Below, piece after piece: positions 13,900-26,788 of a DNA stretch of 64,000 nt; the first letter of the stretch is position 1; every line of letters starts with the position of its first letter. The translations under genes and the position numbers were made by a program. Source of the stretch: Leptogorgia sarmentosa (taxonomy: Eukaryota); assembly GCA_964658305.1 (NCBI GenBank), contig OZ210885.1, positions 1,922,001-1,986,000 of the forward strand, given 5' to 3'. The notes beneath the pieces are model-generated. The model was not told where the DNA came from. It did no database searches and saw only the letters and a list, made by a program, of their open reading frames with translations.

Positions 13900-14900
13900 A
13901 CTAACCCCAACAGGCCACTAACTTTAACAGCTTTATTCCCATGGCATACATGGTATACTTCTCTCTTTGACCTCTTATCAATCTTTCCACACATATTTTC
14001 CTGTAACGGTTATCCAACCTCTCTTGTGGATTGCTGTATTAGGTCAGATCTCGCGCGCCTAAACTAGTACCTGTTCATTCCTGCTGAAAAAAGACTCTTT
14101 ACTTTTGCCTACCGTACACAGGCCAACATGGTCTACAACTCACGCGCGCAACTACGTAAATTGCTCTCATCGGATTACCCACATATATCTAGTATTCGCG
14201 GCTTTGTTTTCCATCCTATTAGTATAAACTGTCTAAGTTTTTTTCATTTTCTTTCGCATTGAGATAGCATGTTGTGTACAAATTTAAGGGTCAATGCTGT
14301 GGCGCATTGTATGTTGGTCAAACACGCCGACACACACGAATTTCAGTGGGAGTTTAATTCACCCAAAACTGGAAATAAACTTTCAGTCTCTCAAATGTCA
14401 GTTGTTCTGACCCACCGCCATTTCTCTAAACATAGCTACTATTTCAGATTCTGACTTTACTATACTAACATCAGGTAACACTAAGTTCGATCTGGAAATG
14501 CGTGAAAGTCTTATTCAAAACTCCTTAATAACAATATCTCTTCTACACCTCTTTATCTATTTTCCTAATTTTTTTTATTCGTCCTTTTAAATTTTAAATA
14601 CCTTATTATTATATTGCTCTGATGATGTTGCGATGGAACAAACTACTCAAAACGAAGCTTTTGTTATAGTGGTGCACTATTGTGGAACAGCCTTCCGCAA
14701 GAAATAAGAAAGCTTCCAACACAGGCTAAATTTAAAAAAGCTGTTAATAAGTATTTTGATGAATAAACGAGCCCCCACACGGCAATCTTGTAAACCAGTT
14801 TTAGTATTAGTTTAGTGTCTTTTTTGTAACTACTGTAGATTTTACCGTGTTTAAATAAATTTTATAATGTAGCAACGAAACGTTAGCTAAACAAATTCTA
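13900..14900 (+). mobile_element. Degenerate Penelope-like element 3' part (GIY-YIG) with a split hammerhead motif
   Basis: Broken translation VVYKFKGQCCGALYVGQTRRH..SPKTG..DFTILTSG..DLEMRESLI..LNNNISSTPL. Tail has ctgatga (14619) and gcaacgaaacg (14872). Confidence 0.75.
14638..14862 (+). mobile_element. 5'-truncated LINE 3' end (CR1/L2-group-like)
   Basis: TNYSKRSFCYSGALLWNSLPQEIRKLPTQAKFKKAV* matches the F.Y.G..LWN.LP ORF2 C-terminal motif. A short 3' UTR ends in aaataaa. Confidence 0.75.
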
Positions 14901-17900
14901 TATAAACTTCAATGGTTTATGATGTAGCTATACAATAAAAATCGCTTACTGGGCATTAAAATTCATGTTTAGAACAATAGGTGGATACTTGGAAATAACG
15001 GAATGGAAGAAATAAAGTATACGTAACGAGACGGAGGATCCGAACAAGCACATTTTGCATATCACTCGATATGGCGAATATATGTATTAATTTATCAACA
15101 TTACAGTATATAATTTTAAATGACAGACAGAAACATATTATACAGAAACTACAGAATTACCGAAGACTTTCCACATAAATTGGGATTTTGGATGATGATT
15201 GAATATTGGTGGCTGGTCCTAAGCAAACTATGCCCGATAAAACTAAACTTGACATATAACTCAATAAATAAAGGAGATGTTCAAGCGCACGCAAACTTAC
15301 CGAAATTCGCGTACGTTTTTCTCTGACTGGACAGCCAACACTTCGTTTGAGCAGTCAAACACTAAATGATTTTAATTAAACCTGCGGCAGATTGCATGAC
15401 GCGGCTGAATAATAACTGTAAGGGTTAATTATAATTAGTATACACCCAACCATCATCCATTACAAAATGCTACATTCTGATTGGCTACTCAGCCGTTTTC
15501 TATTCCATGATAGACCACGGTTCGCGAAAAAGCAAAGCAATTTGGCTACTGCAGAAAACTCGCGTTTTGCTGAGGTTTCTGAAGAATTTTCTTGGTATAA
15601 ACAATTCTGGGCATAAAGTGTATACTATAAAAACAATTAGACAACTCTGCCTCGTTGTCTAATTGTTAAATATATAATTTAAACAAGTCAAGTAAACAAA
15701 GTAACTTGCTGTTTTTAAAATAACTCGACTGATGCGAAGCTTACTGCTTTAACAAGTTCTCAAAAATAATCCCAAACTTTCCAGAAAATATATATGGACC
15801 TTTCCTCCTTGAAAGGGAGATAATCGACTATAAGCAGATAATTTTATAACGACAGATTGAAGGGAAGCGTAGTTACATGTAAGGCACTTTTAATAAATAT
15901 GAACTTATGAAGTGTACACCTTTACTTATGAAGATGATAATATATATATGGAGCTTTTATTGATTCTTTCTTAATAACAAGGCAGAATAAATTATGTAAC
16001 CGCTGCAAAATCTTCACCGTGCGTAACAAAAAAATTGAAACCGTGTCTATTGAAATTTTTTCATGTATATTACTTTACATACAGCTGCACAATTATAGAG
16101 ATTAATGTTGTGATAGAGCGGAATTCGATGATGTGTAGCACGCTTGAAAAGATAGCTGATGGTCGAAAAGTTAAGTATATCACGTGATTAAAATAATTGC
16201 AAACTCTCTAGCTACACAATTAATGTAATATACTTGGTCTAAAATAAGCTGCGACATTATTGCAAATGATTGTTTACATAATCGCGTTTCACTAATAGGT
16301 TGCAGTTCAATTATTTGCATGTAGCTGTTTATATGAATAGTCGAACATGCAGTAAATTGTTTATTGCTGTATTGCAGATATTCAGTTTCTCTCTCTATTT
16401 TAAGAACAATGCTGCCGAAAAGTGGTCTTGTTCACGAAACGACCAGCAGAATTGAAGGTCTGGCATGGGAAGTGTTAGCGGCGTTGTTGGCAGTGAAAGC
16501 ACGACATTGCTCACAAACCGTCATTTCTCCAAACCTTAGGAAGCTTAGTGCTTTCGAAACGTATGAAATCTTTCTTTCGAAATACATTATATTTATTTAT
16601 AGGATGTCGATCGCAAAGTTTGTACTCACTGCCTAAACAATGCCATATAGGATTCACTTTCCAAGAAAGGAATTAATGTATCTATACACTGGCTACATAT
16701 TGAAGTTACTTATAGGTCCTTCCATGTCAATCTTTCGAGGTTCAGAGATGAACAGTGAGTATATTTCTCAATGGGCCACCAAGGCAACGTTTTGCGCAGC
16801 TTTGCCCGAGAAAAAATTAGATATGACAGTGTTTCTCCTCTGATTTTTCTAACGTAGACTCTAATTGCAACTGATGAATTCGAATGAGTGGCAAAAAACA
16901 AATATCACACTGGCTCTCTGACTAATAGAAGTCAATTATAAAACCTCTGCTGCAATCAAGTAGCAATCATATGTTCATGACCAAAACAAATAAAACACTT
17001 ATTAAAAAAGTTCAGTGCAGCTGTTTATTCCCAATCGATACAATTATATCTCGATCTGTACCACTTTCACACGATCGCGACCAAATTTTCTTGACAAAGT
17101 TCATTTTTTTATATTGTAACAATATACATCAACTAGCTCATTCGCTGCGCTCATTCGTATAATATTGCTTTCATGAACCACTCGACGATAAAATTCATAC
17201 TTTCGCACCGCCGTGTAATATTCTCTATGTATATTGTTAAAAATTTGAACACACGAATGCATAGATTATTGACAAAATAAATGTTCTTCTTAATAAGAAT
17301 TTAGGAAGCTGCTTTGAATTCCCAAGAGCCGTGCATTTTACAAAGATATTTCAATTTCTTTAGCTTAGTGCTACGCCATGAGACCAAGCAAGAATGAACG
17401 ACACGCGGGGAGGTTGGTTTTAAATTTAAAAGTCTAAGCATTTTCAAAGAATGTGAAGGAGGAAAACCGTGCATTATATAGAACCATGGCAGGTAATACC
17501 TGTTTGAATAGGATTTGACACGATGCGAACGTTCGACATCAGAGCGGCGAACTAGTCCTAAATTGGACATAGTGCATCAACAAAAAAGATCGAGACTCCT
17601 TCAAATTCAAATTTCCATAGCTTTAATGATCTAATTGCTCCAAACATGTTAATCATGCAAGAAAACAAAAAGATTCTACTCATGGGACAAAATTACTCAA
17701 AGAAACAATAATAATCACATTAAAAAAATTTGGCTTCAGACCGGCAGGATTAACGTTGTCGAATAATACAACATGCAGATGATGGCTAATTTAAAGTTTT
17801 CCAGTTAATGACATAGTTTAGTCGCATTCATACTGGTACGTTCACGACGACATATTTCCGATGAAATCTGAAGACTAATTTTTATTACTTTCCTCCATCT

Positions 17901-18886
17901 TTGTTGCAATGTAGGACATGACATTTGCTCACTAATTTCATACCTACAATCATGTTCAAATATGTTGGGGCTGATACCCAAATACACATAATTATAGTTT
18001 CCTCAAAACCCAATCTCCCTGGATTGAAATAACGACATTGAATGGGGTGGAGATTGGGGAACCGAAGGAGGGGGGAGGAGGCTTCTCGGGGGAGGATTGG
18101 TTGACGAGCATTCCATAAAAACGTGCTTATCCTCTATATAAACATGATATTATCGATACCACATAATTTATGCATGCAGTCTTTTGAAGTTTCAAGTTTA
18201 TCAGAATCTACGTTGTGTTCTAGAATCATTCAACACAGATCGATCAGTTATAAGACTTTAATTACAAACTGGTTATAAGTACAACTACAAGTAACATAAT
18301 AGCAAATGATAATAATGCAGTAGCTTATAATTTTATATAAGGTATGATAAAACTTCAAGAAATCAAAAATTCCACTTGCCAGGAACTAAAATGAAATAGA
18401 AAATAAGAAGTTAATTGTAATACATGCTTTGCAGTGCATACTTCTGAAAAGCTTTGACAGTTGCTAATTAATAATCTATATCAGAGAGTGACATCAGTCA
18501 CTCTTTGTTCTATGAATTGCGCGCATTGAAAATTGAAATAAAATCACATTCCTTTGCCAATCAGAATGGACACATCTCATACATAAAAAAATCAACCAGT
18601 TCACAGGGGAGCAATTGGATGCGTGCAAGTACGGAATAGATTTTTTCGCCTTTTGAAAATCATTCTACATAATTATGTTGAACATTGAAACAAATAAAGA
18701 TAAAGATTCATTGAAGAGGAAAAATTAGATATTGCATGTCTCCTAATGTGACAGTGAGTACAGCATACCAACATATCAATTGTAGTTAAAGTATGAACTA
18801 TAGGTATAACGTTTATTCGCATTAATCTAGCGAGATTGTTAGAAAATACTCGAATAATGTTTCTTTTAATTATTGACTTACTATTT

Positions 18887-21800
18887 TCATTGTATGGGGA
18901 AGCTGATCACTTTGGTGATAACGCTTGGACCTCTGAGTCCCAGATTTTGAACCTATTTTTAAATAAATCCAGGCGAAATTAGTAATGACAATGATATAAT
19001 AGATATTTCAAACCAGATAATTCACCACTTGACCATTGTCAGCAAGGGCAACAATCGATTCTCAAATGTTGGGGGCGCTGTTTATTGTTTTCTTGTGGTA
19101 AGTTTTTCCACAGGTTGAAAGCGATCCTAGATCCTTCTTACAGCTATGTTCTTACAAATACTCCAGGAGAGATCTTGAAACGTTTTCACGTTTTCAATCT
19201 AGGGTTGAAAGGCCCAACTTATCACAAGCGCGACTATGGTAGGCACCAAAGGAGAAAATATTGAAAATACAATAGTAGGGTTATTATGTACATGGCAACG
19301 AGCTCGGAAATAAGCAAGTGTATTTACCACAGAATCTGATGTAAGATAAACAACTGAGCTAAAATTAGATATGAAAAGATGCAGAGAAGCGTTATTTCCG
19401 GCTTACTGCATGCCGCGAATTTTTGGAAAGTTTTATTTGCCTGCATTTAATCAGTCATCATGTTCTGCAATTTGATGCGAAATCCATTACTGCTAAAGCG
19501 GTAAACTAGGCGATAGCAAAAACTATGCTGCCTTAATGGCTACGGCGATCCTCCGCGAAGAACTGTCCTTATATTCGATACAAAATGTTGAAGAACTTCC
19601 TGTATCAACCTATATATTGTTGCCATCAGGCATGCAGTCACTATTAATTTTACAAAAATGTATAAATTCATATAGGGTTAGGATAATAAGTGGTTAACAA
19701 TTGGCCTAATTCTCCTAATAATCCTCTTTTTGGAGATTCTCTGAAATTATTTTATTGACTAAGCTTGGGCCAATGTGATAACTGCAGAATTTTACTGTCT
19801 TAATGTTATCCACTGCATAAACATTACCTTACCTGGGTAATGAAACTTGGCGCGCAGGGTCCTGACCATCCAAGCAATGCGTACGAACTGCGGTACTCAT
19901 CTCTCAAAGGGTTATCAGCTCCGAAATCCTTTAATGAGTCGTAGGCCATTTCGTTCATTTTTGCGCTGCCTTCGTCTTGAATGGCAATCAAAACCAATCG
20001 CCTGAAATGCAATTGGAGTAGAGAAAATTGTGGATGTGCAACCAGGATTAAACATATTTAATACTTTTGAGACGCTCTCTGCTTGAAATATTTATTTTAT
20101 TACAAGCTTTCGGCTATCAGTCTATAACAGGCAAAAGTATTAAATACAATAATGGAGTAATTCGCTATTCGCTACTTAAGCCTGGTTCACATATGCCCTT
20201 TAAGAAATAGAAAACATTTCCCGTGTTTCTATAGAGTTATAGAAACACGCGTGGAAGTTTGGGAGAAACGAGAAATTCCGTGGGAACACGAGCACGAAGT
20301 GCGACTGTTTCCACACAATTTCGAGTTTCTCCCAAACTTACACAAGTGTTTCTATAACTTATAGGAACACGGAAAAAATGTTTTCTATTTCCTTTATTAA
20401 ATAGCCTTTTAAAAACAATAAAAAAGATAAATTTATTGCATTCATTCAAAGATTCATTTTGTTTTTTAACTTTCCGCGCAATCCACGCAACCCGCGTGAA
20501 AATCCTCGTATTTCTATAGTGTTATAGAAACATGGGTTTTTTGAGCTCTCGACCAATCAACGCCCGTGTTTTTAAAAGGCTATTTTATAGATAGCTATGA
20601 CCCATGCCCGCTGTATTCTTCGGCATATGAGAACACTCATCGCCGATTTCTCGCTGGTGTTACAGGCAGTCGCAAACGTTGTCGGCGGTATGTTGGGAGA
20701 ATTGACTGGAGTTCAACTTTCCCGGCAGGTTACCGGCTAAGCGACGTTTTGTTATGACTTGCTATCGGTGCTAAAGAATTTTCCTGCGAAAGTACAATGT
20801 AGGTGCAGAATAATGCAGGTGCGTCGTCGTAGGGCGTCGTGTCAATGTTTAAAGTTAGGGTTAGGAATAAGGTTAGTGTTAGTGTTATGCGCTGTTGAGG
20901 TGCTGAATACGAGTGAATGAGGTGTCCGACCAACTCAGAGCTGTCCGACCGGCGACGGAATCGAAATTTGCGTCGCATACCTCGGGTATATGTGAACCGG
21001 GCTTTACGGTCAACTCTCGTTAAAGTGGACACCCTGATGACCATCATTTAGTGTCCGCAATAGCGAGAGTCCACAGTATTCGGGGTGCGAGCAAAATTCT
21101 CTCATTACCTTGGTGCTATAGAGTTTAGAAACTCAGTCATTCGATCAGTTGCGTTGTAATCGTGGTGTGTGTCAAACGATATGTTTTGCTGGACAACTCC
21201 TACAAAGGAAAAATTAATTATAATTATAATTATATAGATGACATAATTATGGGAAGTTGATAGTTATATTTGTCAACTTTTTATAAAGCTACAGACACAA
21301 TAAAATAATGTTTAACTGGTGGTTATGATTTAATAAAATTAGCACAATAAATCATAAAACTATGCACATTTTACCACTCAATTGCATGTAGATATACTAT
21401 AGCTACATGGATAAAAATTTAATATAGCGGTACTTCATTTAGTGGAATTTAAACACTAATCGTAATATTGAGGAGAATGAAACAGCAGTCCATAACGCGA
21501 CCGCAGAGGCAGGATTGAAGTAAAAGTACCAGTCCTCTCCTCTAGCCAAGGCGCGAAACGCCGATCGAGCGTAAACCTGGAGCGAGAGGATGTTAATTCA
21601 ACTCGGCAGAAAAGCGGGGAGAAAGGATTATGGATTGGAGCACAAGGGAATTCTGTTATTATATTGTTTGCAATAAACTTTAAGCGTATAAATATAAATG
21701 TTAAATTAAATAACCAACTTTAAATAATAGTAATAATATAAAATATAACTTCTTTATATCTAAAAGAATACAAGCGAATATTGAAATGAAATATAGTTTC

Positions 21801-24725
21801 ATTTCAAAAACGAAATTTACTTAGAGATAAAATTATAGCTAGTTATCTAAACATTTCACAACGTTTTATGTAAATATTAAGTCTCATTTTATACCGAAAA
21901 GTCTAATAACATATGGGTGACAAGTATTTTGCAAATTGAGAACTGAAATGGTGAACAACTAATACTCCATGTTCCTAGAATACATATACGTAATTGCATT
22001 TTGGTTAGTAACGCGAGCAACGGGTTGCCGCATGTATGCATTCCTGATTTAAGTGCAGTTTAGAACTATTGCTAGTTGGTGACCATGCCAAGTTGACAAT
22101 TAGTTGTTGAAATAGTCTGTTTGGAAAGATGAAATTTACACGCTTTGGTATGAGCTGCCCTCCAATGTTGACCCTGGCTATACCCCGATTCAAATACCTG
22201 TATCGGCGTTGACGATCACCAGGTTGTAACCACGACCATTTGAAGAGTAGTCTTTACCGTTGACCTTAATAAATGCGCGACCAAATTCACCAGATCGTCC
22301 TTGATCATCACCACCTTCACTCCGGATATAGATACTCAGGTTACCTGAAAAATGAAAATGATCACTTTTTGGTCTGAATCACTTATTGAAACTATTGTAA
22401 AGAACGCGCTGATTCGGATTTCCCTGATGACAATACCACAGTAGTTTCTATCACTATTACCGATCCTATTTTTTGTTCGTAATTGCTTAGTCGAATTCTA
22501 ACTGTATCTACCTACTTGTTTTAATGAACAAAAAATTTCTTTGCATAATAACTTCAAACGTAAACCATGCATTGTAGGTATAGCAGATAATGCCCCGATA
22601 TAGGCGCATTTTAATGTGACATCATAAACATTTTATTAAAAACAATAGAGCTGAAAGTGTGATATTTTATATCTTTTCCGGATTCAATTCTCGCAGTTTC
22701 ATTATATATTTTAAATTAGTATATTAGTAGCTATATTCACGACTCCCAGAAGCCTTTCTATAATGAGTGATCTTTGTTGTTTTAAATAAAGTTCGCAACT
22801 GGAAGTCAGCAATGAATATACGTCATCGAAAGTTGTATCGTATAATATCCGTAATAAAACCGGCTTACGTCCAAATCGTTGGAATCTGCTTTTAGTGTTC
22901 GATCGCAAGGCCTGTCTATGGCATTCATATACCTGTTATATTCTTCTTCGAGACTTTCAACAAACAGTTGGATTCAGCATATACCTAGGGTTGAAATACA
23001 ACCGGCATATTTATTAAAATGCATAATTATTATATACATGTTAGATAATAAAAGACACAGTTCTATATATTATTACGATGATAATTATAATGATTTAAGA
23101 ATAAAACTGCAAATTCGGTCCAACTAATGACTACATTTTAAGACTGAAATTTGCTTCAATTTAGACTGAGAACCTACTTTGTAAGAAGAGTTTAAAATAA
23201 TACTGGAGCTAAATTATTACGCCCAAAACTATACTGTTTTGTTTCCATTTCGGACGATAAACGCACAATATATTTTTTCTAAATGGTTCATGATGTCCAA
23301 CACCGACGCCATAAAAATGTCTTTTGGAATATCTTAATAAATTCATAGCGCCCAAAATATAAAGTTTTTTTTTAATATTCAAATGTTAAACTAAATAAAT
23401 GTTTTCTTGGACGAAAGTAGAAAAAATCCAACACAACATCTAGAATTAAATAATCCTCTAATATAGTAGACGATAAAGTTTGATCGCTAAAAGTTCTAAA
23501 ATGTTGATTCGAAATATAAAATCTGTATTATGTACTCACAGATTTTACACTTTGATAAAAAGACCACTCTCCACTTTCATGATCTTCTTTTAGTTCAGTT
23601 TTATTGCTGAGTTGGCAGTTTACTGCATATTTATTAGAGTTGGGACGGTAGTTGTAAGCCACACAGGTTGATTTTTGAAGACACCATAAAGAACATTCAA
23701 TTTCGGAATGAACAGCGTGACTGGATATGATATCTTCTGGAGCCAATGAGGCACCTATTGTAGAATTTCATATCAATCAAAACCTAAAACAAAACACGGC
23801 AGCTGCCTCTTCGGCAGTCGGCACCACGCAAAAACGCGTACCGCGCGAGTAACCCACGAATTTTATCCTGACACGTTTTTAGCATTCCATATAATTATTT
23901 TAGTTCAATGTTTCCACAATGCGTGTTTCCGCACATTTCCCGTTCTCCCAAAATTGCGCATGCACTCGTGTTTACATAACTCGATGTAAACATGGAAAAT
24001 GTTTTCTATTCCTTAAATAAAACGGTCAGCAGGCCTTTTTCAAGCCGAAATTTAGCTGACCACGTCGTTGAAGTGGTTATTTATCTTGAGTTCTTTGATA
24101 TTCCTGACTTGATGGCGTAATGACCAGACGTGACCAACGTCACGGCACAGCAAGAGGTTGCAATAATTTATACAGTCCGTTGCGTTGGGATCTCAGATAT
24201 TGAATGTGAGGATATAAATCAATATACATTTATCACTTATTATTAAGTTGATAAGTTTTAATTTAACTTGTATTACCCTTTTTACAAGGCTTTTTACAGT
24301 TTTTGGTTCACTTCAAACAAACTATATCCTGTTAAACATGATTCCCCATTCAAAATTATTGTCCGCGGTTCTACAGGCTTTTGCATACGATTCGAAATTT
24401 TATTCCGGCGCGTGTTTTAGTAAAAACAAGACATGTTGGGATGCTTATTTTTCGGAGAGTTAGAGAATATTTCATTATAATTATCCATGAAGCCTGATGA
24501 AGTCTAAATGCATGTTTTTGTAATATTATGCACATCCATACAGATGAAACGCACATCATGAAACATGCACGATTGGCAAAATAGTTACGTTTTCAACTTA
24601 CCATGATCTGTTACTTTCTTAAAGTATTTTTGAGATATCAAAAATGAATTTGACCCTTGTCCGCTCACAGCAGCAAAGCCAGCGTGAATATCAAACAACA
24701 ATAAACACATTATAATGAAAAGCAT
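18887..24725 (-). CDS. Gene 2: signal peptide + PAN/apple-like (type B) + ILEI/PANDER GG-type lectin domain protein (7 exons, ~287 aa)
   Basis: Exons 24725-24602 (MLFIIMCLLLFDIHAGFAAVSG), 23754-23540 (ECSLWCLQKSTCVAYNY..NCQLS), 22984-22933, 22344-22198 (IRSEG..IKVNGKDYS..GRGYNLVIVNADTG), 21199-21109 (SFDTH), 20001-19833 (VLIAIQDEGS..YRSSYALLGW) and 18952-18887. Total 864 nt, open frame. Confidence 0.85.
20179..21003. mobile_element. PIF/Harbinger-like MITE with a nested hairpin element (about 20200-20596)
   Basis: TIRs agcctggttcacata / tatgtgaaccgggct flanked by TTA on both sides. The nested element has a ~190-bp hairpin gaaatagaaaacattt..aaatgttttctatttc followed by short IRs. Confidence 0.75.
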
Positions 24726-26788
24726 TGTTACTGCGTGAGTAGTATAAGAATATACTGAGCAATGATGATAATAAAGTCAAATGAAAATTGCAGGTATTTG
24801 TAGATGGAAATGAATATAGACCAACTTTTCAAATATTAATGAAACACGCACATGCAAATTATGGAACACTTATACACCTTTGTCCCGTAGTCATATAGTT
24901 TGTAATAATTAGGGCAGCAAAATTAATACAAAAGAAGGGTTGGTAATGGTTTCTTTTTGTAGGGGTATAGAAAATACAGGCTCGTGTAGAATTACAACCA
25001 CTACTGTGTTTATCAGTGCGTTTTTCAGCTATGGATATAGATCTAAATGAGTGGAATAATAACAAATGTTCTGTCGCACGTTTCTCACTAGAATATTCGT
25101 TCAATATGGTTTTAATCGTCATCACAAGCGGAAACTCGCATCAGAAGTTACAGCAATAGTTGCATGTGAATACGGCCCTTTTCAAAATTAATTGAGCGAG
25201 AATTATTGTATTAGGTTTCAGGTCTTAAAATGAGCTTGTCATGGTTAAATTGAATAACTTTATGAATTCATTTTTTATACTCAAAGATATTGACAGTCTC
25301 TTAATTACGTATAACTTAAGTGTTTTCACATCTAATTATTCAAAAAGTCCAACTTAGCAAGTGAAAGCTTGCAGGTGGATCTGTATAATTATTATGAGGC
25401 GCATGGACGCGTGTAGTTTGTTAACAATATTCACTTTTAAATGCTAATATTTAACTTATTTGTCACAAAATCAATAAGCTACATTGCCAAATTTGTTCCA
25501 ATACGCGTGTCTGGTCAGTTTATTTTGCGTAGGGTCTCAACACAGAAAAGAGGCTCATCATGAAAAGATATCTACCGAAAGATGTGTTAAATGAAATTTC
25601 AATGAAGTTTTGGAGAAAATTAAATGGAAAAGACTACAACGTTCATTTAATTAGAATTGAATTGTAGAATTACATGTACGTACGTAACTTTTATTAGTCT
25701 TGTTTGAGATAAAGTTTTTCCATTATAAAAAAAAGATAAAAGCTATATTTTCGATCCGAAGACCATTTTTATTTTCTTTATAATTAGCGCGGCCGCCATG
25801 TTTGTTTTGTTTTGAAGCAATGAACCAATCACAGTCGAGTAATATTTTAAGTATATTATTACAACTGTAAACGTTCTTTTATACACCCGTTGTACTGCAA
25901 ATTAAAAAACAATGACAACGTAACTTTTTATCTAATTCTATATGATGAGAAATTCCAGTGACCTTCTAGTCCAAGATTTTATAAAATTATTTCCTTGGTA
26001 AAAACAAAAATGAGAACTTGCTGATTATGCAGGCCATCTACCAGAAAATCCCTTCTGAAAGACCTAAAACAAAAGATGAAAACCACGCACGTGTTAAGCG
26101 GAATTTCCTAGTCCTAAAATTAAAATCCTAGTCCTGGTGAAAATTAATGTGTATTGTAATATAAGTAGGGTGAAATTGCAACGTGCATGATTGGCACGCA
26201 TCTAGTTTTTGAAATTTTCCACCACTTTTTTGATTGACACAAAGATAATAAAAATGCATATATATACTGCATTATTTTTATACATACAAAAAAAACGTTT
26301 GATTTGTCTGCCTTCGCTCAACTAAAGGAATGCATGTAGCTTCGTTGTTGCTGAACATGTTGAACATGCGTTATTAGATGTAAGGAGAATTGTGAGTCAT
26401 TTTGATCTTCCCAATAAAGATCTTTATTCATTTACTATTTTCCTGTATTATAAAAGAAATAGAAAAACTTGTCGGTGGTATGATACGAGGAGAAGTTTGG
26501 GAGTTGACTAATAGACGAGCGTTTGTGTTGTTTTAATGTTGTTTTAATTTTTTTATAATGTTTTTTCATTTCAAAACAAATTAGAATTTTTAATTATTTC
26601 CCAGGGGAATCCTGTATTATGTAATTTTAACAAAAGATGCACAATCTATAAAAATATAGAGGACAGTATCTATATCCGTTTATACGAACTATGACGATTG
26701 CGCGATAATTCGGATTTATACTTTAATGACTTGCCGCTTTTGCAGGGTATCTTCCTGGATTCATATCTAACGACTTACCTCTTTTTGA

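Noticed and set aside
11590..15263. ~120-bp duplicated segment (11590-11712 and 15150-15263)
   Set aside because: Diverged non-coding duplication with no ORF, termini or structure identified.
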